Below are positions 37,376 to 47,047 of a stretch of DNA of 47,047 nt, piece after piece. Each line of letters begins with the position of its first letter. Within the stretch, counting starts at the first letter, position 1. This DNA is from Octopus bimaculoides (lineage: Eukaryota), in the NCBI RefSeq assembly GCF_001194135.2, contig NC_068989.1, forward strand, positions 54,904,136 through 54,951,182. The letters are read 5' to 3'. A program made the position numbers and the translations under genes. The notes under the pieces were generated by a model. That model did not search any database and was not told where the DNA came from. It worked only from the letters and a program-made list of their open reading frames with translations.

Positions 37376-38787
37376 TGCATATATAGAATTCATAGGGTAG
37401 ACTTTCCAATAAGAATTAACATTAATATGTATGAGAGAATTAATCTTTTAGAAAGCAGTATCTCTTGATGTATATCCGTAGCCTTGGTAAATGCTTAGAA
37501 AGTGGGGGGAAAGAGATTCAAGAATACTTCCAGATTCTGTGGATACTTTGGAAAGAACATAACAGCCTAGACGTCTTTAATTTTCTTTACATAGAGACAG
37601 CTTAAACAATAACAGATTTTGACGACTTTATCCATATCATATGCAATATCGTAGATCACCATTGTCTTTTTAAATTTAATCCCGAAATATACTTTCTTGC
37701 AGAGAATTAGATTAATCTGTTTGTCTTTGTTTCCTTCGAAGTATTTATCTACTTATAATATGTACGTCCTGGATATATTTTATCTCTGACTGTCCTAATC
37801 TACATACCATTGCAAGCGTTTGACTTTGTGTTTTGCATAAATTGACAGAAGCAATACACAACAGAGTCAATTTAAAAGAGTTTCAATTAAGAGCGGTGAA
37901 ATAACACAATTGTTATAGACTCACACGAGTAGGATGACTTTGGTTCTATACTATCTGTCAACAACGCCTGCGATGAAACTGATGAGAAATTGTATTGGCC
38001 CACGTCTGTAGCCTTTATCTTGGATAAATACCAGTGCATGGGCAGCTAACTCTTCCATTCTGCCTCAAAAAATATTATCTTGAAAAGATCAAGAAAATCA
38101 TTTCAATTGAGCTCACGGCCCCGTGAAAATAGGGATGTGATGAGGCCTAAGAATTAAAAGGTACAAAATATGAGAGCCCTCTGCAGGATTGCAGGGAGAA
38201 GTTATAGCTTTTCCCAGTCGATTTTGGGTGTAAGGGGTTCCCTGTTCAATCGACATGGAAGATACTTACAGTCATTGGAATAAGAGGAAAAGAACGAAGG
38301 GTAGCTGTACGCAGGATATGAGAGGCAGCTGAAAGAGCTTCTTGTTGGCTTTGGAGCAAGAGAGAGGAGTTAAGCTGGAAGCTAGGATGAGATGGGAAGC
38401 AGTGATTTGGTCACCTCTGTTGACCCACCAACGGGAGGGTGTGACGGTTCAAGGTCGAAGCATCCGTTGAACTGATGACATCAGTTCCTCCTGGCGAAAT
38501 TTGGTAAGTGGAAAAAGCACCTTTTTCTGAATGTTATCAACACACACACGCACACGTACACACACACACACACACACATGCATGAAACATCGATGTCTAG
38601 GATACCTAATAGATGGTAATACCGAACGAACCGGGCGTTTTCACACCATTTTACCATTAGACAGATATATTCTCCACAGTAACTGCAGTATAGTTGCCTT
38701 TTCGCAGTTGAAATATGTCACAAACATATTTCAACTAACCTAAATTTTGCTTATGCCTAAACACTGCTTAGCGCTAACATTTTGATT

Positions 38788-38840
<53 letters not shown>

Positions 38841-39259
38841 AAATGTAGATATACATATAAACATACATATAAACATATAATTATATAAATAATATATAAA
38901 TATATGCATATATACATACATATATGTATATACCTACATATATGTATATACCTACATATATATGTATATATACATGCATATATGGGTACAGGACATCAAA
39001 AAACGTAGACATAATGAGAAAACGAAAACATGAAAACAAAAACGTAGAAAACGAACTTTTTCGAACAACAAAAAAAAACATACATACATACATACATAGC
39101 TACTGAAACAGTATCAATACGAAATGGTAATCCTGTTCTCTAACTTAATGTGGAAGTTGTGTTAGAACACAAAATACTGCGTAATTTACCTTGAGAGGAT
39201 CTCTCATGTGGACTCATAGCACATAAAAACACTCGTAATTATATCATTGACAGATGATA

Positions 39260-40010
39260 ACCGTCTGCTATGGCCGCCTGAACTGTCAGATCACGTGATT
39301 TCTCTATGATTTTGCTAACAAGTGAGGTTAGATAGACAGTCCTATAATTTTTAGCTTCCGCTCTGTTACCTCCTTTATAGAAAGAACATATTGTCTTCGT
39401 TCAACTTTCTAAGAAGTATACCATTTACAAAGAAACTTTGGAAAAAGATCAGCAGTGATCTTGCTAGAGCTCCTTAGCATTTCTTTGGGAGGATTGCTAG
39501 GAATCCATCATTGTCTGTGACTGAGTTTAAATGCATTTCATCAATGGCTGATAGTACATCAGGTTCTTCTATTTCAGTGTGATCGGTAATCCCTTTGTAT
39601 AGAGCTGTGGTGCCGAAGACCTGATAAGGTATGGCTATTTGCAAGCGTTCCATCGAAGTTGTGGAAACACTTTTGTATTGCACATTCAGAATTTCACTTA
39701 TCTTCTTCGGTTCTGCAGTTAATGAGTCACTTTCTTCGAACAGCGGCTCTATTTTGTACCGTATCGAAGCAGACTCTTTTGAAAATCTATGGAAGGCTTT
39801 AGGGATTGCTTACATTTTTTACAACCCTGCCTGCTTTTTCTGCTCTGTCCTGTTCATGGGAATGTTTAAGTTCACTTTCAATCGCAAGCAGTGTTTGTTT
39901 GAGATAAGATTCTTTCCTATCTTTTAGTGGCCCATTCAGATGATTTAAGGTTTTAGCTTGTCGTCTCATTAAAATCTTCATATCCCTGAGGATTAATTTT
40001 TGTTGATTTG
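39260..40010 (-). mobile_element. CR1/L2/Jockey-group LINE relic (pre-RT and early RT)
   Basis: EPKKISEILN, DVLSAIDEMHLNSVTDNDGFLAILPKKC and YKGGNRAEAKNYRTVYLTSLVSKIIEK. Confidence 0.8.
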
Positions 40011-40315
40011 ACATATTCCCCGACGTAAACTTACTACGTATGTCATGCATGACTATCACAAATATTTGTTTTTATATCGAGTTATAATACGAAAATATCA
40101 ATATTAAACTGAAAAATTACTCAAAATACTTTTTAGTGTACATGTTCATTGTTCATTATAAATGATCGTTATTTCCACCGCCTACAGCGAGATCTGGAAT
40201 GAATATTTGCATATTTATTCATAACGCGCAGTAGTGTATCTCTTTGGAAAATAACTTCACCTTTTAACGACAATATGTTCAATATGTTCAACACAATCGT
40301 CTCATTGGTGCACGG

Positions 40316-40364
40316 CATTCTCCGACACTGGTGTTTCGACATATTGTGTCTCATCAGTCAGAAG
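40316..40364 (-). ncRNA. Type I hammerhead ribozyme with an intact catalytic core
   Basis: UUCUGA-CUGAUGA-GACA(CAAUA)UGUC-GAA-ACA(CCAG)UGU-C-GGAGAA; stem I has two proximal mismatches. Confidence 0.7.
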
Positions 40365-40562
40365 TAACTGGAGACTAACCAAATCCGATGGCTTCCTTTA
40401 TAGTTTGAGTGGACTAATTGTTTTCTGAAAAGTGTTCTTTATAGTTTTAGTAGAATGACAGTGACATTGAAGTTTCGGCCTGATGGTCTTCGAAACTTCG
40501 AAGTCACTGTCCCTCTTCTCCTTGCAAAGGTATAATCTATATAATACTAAAAGTCTGTGATA

Positions 40563-41720
40563 GCTTGCTTGCGTGCTTGTTTGTAATTTAATGCAGCCAC
40601 ACCGGCGCATATTGGAAAAATATTCTGAAAGTAAGGAACCCCTGAAATGTGAATACAAACAGAATAAAACAAGTTTCGCGTAAATTGGGCCACGGATTCC
40701 CAAGATACGCGGTCTTTTTAGGTTGGTTTCCACAAATTTAAGCAGTGAAAAATCTGGGGTTATTGACCTTTACTCTGAACAACTGGATAGTTTTGTTCCA
40801 ATGCTTCCCTGCGTGCGTGCTTGTTTGTCATTTAATACGGTCAAACCGGCGGATAATGGGGAAAAAAACACTGAAAGTAAAGTACTACTGAAATAGGAAT
40901 ACAAACGGAACAAGAGAAGTTTCGCATAAATCGGACCATGGGTTCCCGGGATACGCGGTTTTTTGGTGGGTACCCTTATGACTGCCGGTTTGCGTGCTTG
41001 TTTGTAATTTAATACAGCGATACGGGCGCATAATGGGAAAATACTTTGAAAGTAATAACCATTGAAATGTGAATACATACGGAATGAAACAAGTTTCGCC
41101 TAAATCGGAACATGTGCTCCCGAGATACGCGGTTTTTCAGGCACCTTTTTAAATAGCCAAACCGGCGTGTAGTGGGGAAAATGCTTTGTAATGGTGAAAA
41201 TGAAATGTCAATACATCAGTTAAGGCGGCGAGCTGGCAGAAACGTTAGCACACCGGGCGAAATGCTTAGCGGTATTTCGTCTGCCGCTACGTTCTGAGTT
41301 CAAATTCCGCCGAGATCGACTTTGCCTTTCATCATTTTGGGGTCGGTTAATTAGTACCAGTTACGCACTGGCGTCGATATAATCGACTTAATCCGTTTGT
41401 CTGTCCTTGTTTGTTCCCTCTGTGTGTAGCCCCTTGCGGGCAGTGAAGAAATCAGAAACGTTAGTATGTCGGGCGAAATGCTGAACGGTGTTTCGACTGT
41501 CTTTACGTTCTGAGTTCAAATTCCGTCGAGCTCGACTTTGCCTTTCATCCTTTCAGGGTCGATAAATTAAGTACCAATTGCGTACTGGAGTCGATGTAAT
41601 CGACTTACCCCCTCCCCAAAAATGTTGGGCCTTGTGTTTAGAGTAGAAGAGAATACAAACGAAATAAAACAAGTTCCAAGTGAATCAGACCACGGGATCT
41701 CGAGATACGCGGTTTTTCCT
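40563..41720. repeat. Diverged tandem repeat (~150-bp core, 4 copies), Helentron/DINE-like
   Basis: GCGTGCTTGTTTGT at 40571, 40815 and 40992; GATACGCGG at 40704, 40950, 41124 and 41704. Confidence 0.85.
41221..41650 (+). mobile_element. Head-to-tail SINE dimer inserted in the fourth satellite unit
   Basis: Copy 1 spans 41221-41451 and copy 2 (5'-trimmed) spans 41452-41650. AATACA is present near both ends (41210-41215 and 41652-41657). Confidence 0.9.
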
Positions 41721-42040
41721 AATACCTTGAACTAATGGTAACCCAATGGGTCTGGGGTGGTCTAGCATATATGATTTTTTTCTTTCTTGTTCGTTCCTGT
41801 CTGGGCTATGAAAGGTCTGTTTATATTTTTGTTTGTCGTAATTATTCATACCAATATGTAATTCCTGACGAAAAATCTAATTTTTATTTCAAGAGGAGTT
41901 TTTCGTGTTTGTCTTTGAAATTAATTAGACTCCGAAACAATTTGTACAATTTATATTAGAACTGTACCAACCTGGATTATGAATTATAGATCGTCTACAC
42001 CTACAATTTTTTTCCTTTTCTTATACTTCATTTATATATA

Positions 42041-42575
42041 CTAAGTTGCGGGAAAAGTTCGTGCGCCATGTTAAATAATGATTTTTTTGGCAAAAATTTA
42101 TTCAAAAACAACAACTATTTTTCAATATAAAGACCATCGTTTTCCACGACCTTCTGCCAACGATCTACAAGCCTTCGGATTTGGTCAAAGTACCAATCCT
42201 TCGGCTTTGAATCGAAACATTCTTGACAGGTTTCTTCAACTTCATCGAATGACTCAAATCGGTGACTTTTTATAACGTGCAGCACTGATCGGGAAAGACA
42301 GTAGGCAGATGGAACAACGTCTGGACTATAGACTGAATGCGGCAGAACTTCAACACCGTCCAGTTCTTCAATCTTGTTGCTGGTCTTTCTGGCGGTATGC
42401 AGCTTTGTATTTTTTTGTTGAAACAAAGCGCGTGTTTGACGAACCAGTCTTGGGTACTTTTCAACAGTGAGTCATCAATGAACATGACATGAACTGAATG
42501 AACACACACCGCAAAAAAATATATATAAAAAAAACATGATTCTAACACGGTGCACGAACTTTTTCCTCAACCTAC
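42041..42575 (-). mobile_element. Internally deleted mariner (535 bp) with both TIRs and TA TSDs
   Basis: TIRs of about 32 bp (CTAAGTTGCGGGAAAAGTTCGTGCGCC and GTAGGTTGAGGAAAAAGTTCGTGCACC). ORF 42115-42426 encodes HTARK...LPHSVYSPDVVPSAY...RWQKVVENDGLYIEK. Confidence 0.92.
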
Positions 42576-42899
42576 TATATCATTGTATCGAGCAAATATT
42601 CTCATGTACTGCTGGTCACAGTGCGCTTCCTCACATTGCAGGCAGGCCAACATTACTCCTGAAAGGAAAGCTAGTCCGCCGCTGAATTACTGTTGTAACG
42701 TAATTTGCCACATACGACAACCAGACATCTACTGTGAGAAAGCGTAATTTCTTTCATATTTTTTCTTTCCACCACCGCACCCTCTTTTTTTATTTTAGTT
42801 GTTGTATCTTAATTGTTGCCCGACTTTTAAGGTAGTCTTGTTTGCACAGCACTTTTTCTTTTCGTTGAACAAAGCACTCTTTTTTTTTCTCTCTCTTTT

Positions 42900-44029
42900 T
42901 GTTTCTTTTTCAAAAATAAATATCTTGTACGTTTACGTATTACTTCCAGATATTCAGTCTGTTTTCGTTTTCTGAAGCTAGTTCTACGGGGTTTAATATC
43001 TCTCGGTGCTAGCACTTCAAACATCATAGAAGACTTCCATTGGTATTAACCTTCGTTCTTGTGTATGTGTTATCTTTAACTGGTTAAGGTGTCTCTTATG
43101 TTCCGAACGTTGTCCTTTAATCAAATACATCATGTTAACTAATCTTTTGATTACGCAGCCATCCTCCCAACCTTTGCCTTATAATATTTCTTGTATTTCC
43201 TTCAAATGTATTTTTTTGTCTTTCCTTTATATGTATTTTTCCCTGGCAATAATTTATTGAAGATCAATTTTATTTTACGCGCGAACACTAACTCTGCTGG
43301 TTACTTTCCTGAATTCGTATTTGGATTTGTAGTTATTCTATACGCTCTCAAAAATTTTGTTAGTACCTCGTCATTATCTAGCTCTTTCCGTGATTTTCTT
43401 AGAGCTCTTTTGAACGTGTCGACAAATCTTTCTGCTTGCTCATTTCTCCTCGGGTGGTAGAGCGGCGTAAAGATGTTCTTTATAGCATGTATTTTGCAGA
43501 AATTTCTTATTTCATATCCCGTGAATTGTGTTCCATTATCTGAAACTAACGTATCTGGATCACCGTATAGACAAATAAATAGCTCGAGTAAGTAGTTTAT
43601 TGTTGTCTTTGCTGTGGGTTTATTACATCTGCACACCTCTGACCACTTTGTATAACTATCCACAACGATTGGATAGTATGCAGCGTTCACTGGTCTAGCG
43701 TGGTCGATATGTATCCTGGACCATGGGCTCTCAGTCTCCGACCACGATTGGTATTTTACTGGTGGTACTTTGGTTGCCAATGCGCAACCTTTACATGCTT
43801 TTATCAATTCCTCGATGTCCCTGCCCATAGTCGGCCAGTAAACAAAGCTCCTCATTAAAGATTTCATTCTGAATATTCCCGGGTGCCTACGGTAGAATTG
43901 TTGCCATACTCGTTTCTGTAATGCATTTGGTACTACTACTTTCTGCGCGCATTTTAAGACTTCGTCGCAAAGTGAGAAATTATTTCTTTCGTTCTTGCAA
44001 TGTAAATATCCTCTATCGATTACACACAA
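42900..44029 (-). pseudogene. pol: Gypsy integrase
   Basis: HPGIFRMKSLMRSFVYWP...CKGC zinc-binding region; DDE motifs WSRIHIDHA, LVSDNGTQF and QAERFVDTFK. Confidence 0.93.
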
Positions 44030-44049
44030 TAATTCTTACATCATTTTTT

Positions 44050-45600
44050 GACTGCAATTGCGCTATCACGGTCTCTTCTAGCGATTCCATGCTCTTGGGA
44101 ATTGGCCTCAATAAGCAGTCTGCATGATCAATTTTCTTCGACGGAATATACTGCATCTTAAAATTGTAGTTCAGCAATATTGTACCCCAGCGTTGTAGTC
44201 GGTTCGCTGTATGGGCAGGGAATCACTTCTTTGATCCAAAAATTGATAGGTCGGTTTGTAACAAAGGTCGGTTTGTAACAAAGAAATTCTACCATGGAGA
44301 AATTTGTGAAATTTTTTTACCGCAAAAATAATCGACAGAGCTTCCTTCTCTATCTGACTATACTTTTTTCCGCTACTATCAGGGAACGTGAAGCATGAAC
44401 TATTGGCTTCTTAATTCCATCTTTATACTTGAGTAGCAAGACTGCTCCTATGCCATAATCCGAAGTATCTAACGCTACAACAATGTCCATTCTAGGATCG
44501 AAATGTGCTAGTGACAAGTCAGGAATTCGAATTTTCTTTATGTCTTCAAATGCGGTTTGGCACTTTACTGAGCGATTCCATTTTACTTCTTCTTGTAGTA
44601 AATCGTTCAATGGTGCTCTCAATTTATGTATATTTGGAATGTACTGTTGATAGTAAATATCTAGGCCAAGGAAAGCTTGTAATGTCCGTATATTCGTTGG
44701 GGGAGGCATATTCTTGATTGCGTCTACCCTCGACAGGTCAGGATGGCTTCCATTCATATCTATGATTTGACCTAGGCATTTGATTTTAGGTAAAACAAAT
44801 TTACACTTCTCTTCTCTGTGTGTGAAACCATAATCCTTAAATTTTTTAAAGACACAGTTCACGTGTTCAATATGTTCATTCCGCGATTCGCTTTTGATTA
44901 AGACGTTATCAAGGTAAGGAATAGCAAATTGACAGTCTGCCAACATCACGTCCGTCACCTGTTGAAATATTGCAGGTGCTACCTTCTGTCAAAAAAGTAG
45001 TCTATTGTATAGACCTCTGTGCGTATCGGCCGTTAACAGCTTTGATTATGTTTTATCTACTTTGATTAGTAGATATACGTCTGACAGATCGAGTTTTAAC
45101 AATATTTTACCTCCGTTTAATTTTGCAAAAATATCTTCTGGGTTTGCTAGTGGATGATGGTTAATTTTTAAACAGTCATTTAAACCGGTCGAAAAATCGG
45201 CACAACCTAATTTTGTTATTTTTCTTTTCTATGCTTACAGTCGGAGCTACCCATTTCGCGTAATCCACTTTTTCAATGATTGCTTTTTTTTTTTTCAATC
45301 TGTCCAACTCATCGTCCACTTGTTTTATTGCCGCAAAAGACACTTTCTTCTTAGGCTTGAACACAGATGTAATGTTATCATCTAATTCAAAACACGCTTC
45401 AATCTTTGTGCATAGAGCTAGTTTGTCCGAGAGTTCATGCGGAAACATTTTTACCATTTTCTCTTTTACTCTTCAGAAGAATTATTTTCAGAGGGACAAC
45501 CATTAATGTTTTTACAGAAGAGATTTATGGGCAAATTTCACTGTTTTTCTCAACATAAGTCTCCCTATTTTCTTCTATGTTTCCATATTTATTATTGAAA
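44050..45600 (-). pseudogene. pol: Gypsy pol: protease, RT and RNase H (disrupted)
   Basis: WVAPTVSIEKKNNKIRLC, PYLDNVLI, LQAFLGL and LDTSDYGIGAVL...HASRSL; a 17-bp tandem duplication at 44248-44281. Confidence 0.9.
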
Positions 45601-46650
45601 TATCACTCAGTCTCCACTTGAAGTAAAATATGTATTCCATTTATTTTTACGTGTACGAAATTTCTTATTTGGGAGTCGATTTTTGTTTCTGCTGAGAGCA
45701 CTCTAGTATTTTTAACGTTTGACCTTCGTAATTTTGTTCTGTAGTGTGAATTCTTGTGACGAATTATTTTGCAACTGTAACATTTTAGATTTTTAAATGG
45801 AAAGTTTTTTTCTGGAATGTATGCCCCCACATCCATTACTTGGATTGGGACGCGGCACTCTTTTTGGTTGTACTTCTTCGGTTAGCATATCTATATTTTT
45901 GAGGGATCCTTTTCTTAAATTTTTCTACATTGCGTTTCAGATTTACCATCCTTTGGCATTCTTCTGCCACGGACTGTAAGGTTAGATCTTGGTTCGCTTG
46001 TTCCAATTCAGAAAGAATTCTTACCCGAATTACTGTATCTTCGCTTGCTGTAAGGCCTTGTAAGAAAATTAGACACTTGACCATCTCAGGGGTAAGATTT
46101 TTGAGTTTAAAACTTTCACACATTCTGTTGACTGTTCCTGTATATGTGATAAAATCACCATTCTCTTTTTTAGTTATATTCCAACACTCCATTCTAGTGT
46201 TAAATAGAGAATTTTTATCACAGAATATGTTAGTAATTCTATTGTTTCCTTAAAACAAATTTCTTTGTTTTTTTTTGTTTTTTTTTTTGGTGTGGGGAAT
46301 ATGAAATTACAGTAACGTTCATGCTCTAACGGAACTAATTTTCGCAATAAAAATATCCCTTTTTGTTCGTCCGACCATGATTTGCAATCTTGCTTTAATA
46401 TCTCCTCGTACCTTCTGTAGTACGATGCAAAAGTTATACTCTTCTCTGGGTTATAACAGAATTCATTAATCGAGTTCGAAACGCCGTCTGGCGAAAACGA
46501 ACTTCCCTCATTTTTGAACTTCTTTGAATATAGCTCGAATAATTGTTGTTGTAGTTGTTGCTCCAGTACTTGCTTCTGCAATTCCTGTTGCTGTTCTTGT
46601 TGCTTTTACAACTGTACTAAGGAAACTAATAGGTCTTCCATTATTTAACA
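45600..46650 (-). pseudogene. gag: Gypsy gag (frameshifted)
   Basis: FASYYRRYEEIL, EHERYCNFIFP, KCLIFLQGL, and a degenerate knuckle CYSCKIIRHKNSHY. Confidence 0.85.
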
Positions 46651-46711
46651 AGTTGTATCACAAACAAATTGTTAAATAACCTACGTGAGCTTCGAAACCT
46701 TCGTCGGCAGA

Positions 46712-46973
46712 TGTTGTAACGTAATTTTTTACGTACAATAAATAAGACAACCAGACAACTGTAAAAACAACGTAACGAACAAACGAATCTCTTTATGAAC
46801 CAACAATCAATATTCCTTTTGAAATAACCAACCTTCCGACTTCACTGCGAATTAACACGAACTTCATCCAACTCCGAACTCTGAAACTCGAACTCACTTG
46901 GATCGTTACTATTTATACTTTACTCGAACCAGTCTCTCTCTTGCAAGGGGGCGTCATAACTGTTATCACAACA
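46712..46973 (-). repeat. 5' LTR (262 bp)
   Basis: TG...CA ends with a 6-bp terminal inverted repeat, a TATAAAT on the minus strand, and an adjacent PBS-like sequence. Confidence 0.8.
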
Positions 46974-47047
46974 GGTATCCAGTTACAGCAGAGTGTGCTC
47001 AAGACACAAGGTACTGCCGGTCTGGGAGTCGAAACAATTATCTTGCG

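Larger units (their letters stand above)
42691..46973 (-). mobile_element. Decayed Ty3/Gypsy LTR retrotransposon (Mag/K02A2.6-like)
   Basis: Domain order gag-PR-RT-RH-INT. 5' LTR 46712-46973 (TGTTGT...ACAACA), PBS-like TCTGCCGACGAAG, and a purine tract before the 3' LTR. Confidence 0.93.

Noticed and set aside
38150-38520. Possible old CR1/L2 3' end on the minus strand
   Set aside because: Only a vague resemblance; no motif could be translated with confidence.
44248-44281. 17-bp tandem duplication in Gypsy RNase H
   Set aside because: An ordinary post-insertion slippage mutation.

Overview
Repeat-saturated animal genomic DNA from a gapped short-read scaffold (9 N-gaps, most bounded by microsatellites). 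The SINE/LINE repertoire suggests a coleoid cephalopod, probably Octopus (inference from repeat families). No intact host gene is visible, and most long ORFs in the track are microsatellite or N artefacts. The window holds decayed mobile elements: R4/Dong-like RLE LINE fragments and tRNA-SINEs strung along (AAT)n arrays (1.7-5.5 kb, 16.6-19.9 kb); an RTE LINE carrying a hAT MITE with a perfect 8-bp TSD; L1/Tx1 and CR1-like relics; two mariner relics; and a near-full-length decayed Ty3/Gypsy element with discordant LTRs (42.7-47.0 kb). The most interesting items are (i) a fold-back element with 137-bp arms whose loop completes a tRNA-like Pol III unit (31167-31474), (ii) a hammerhead ribozyme with an intact core (40316-40364, minus strand) plus several decayed hammerhead-like motifs, (iii) a 42-bp minisatellite built from an internal SINE segment (5463-6320), and (iv) a ~150-bp Helentron-like satellite interrupted by a SINE dimer. 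Element boundaries were read by eye and are approximate unless a TIR, TSD or motif is quoted.
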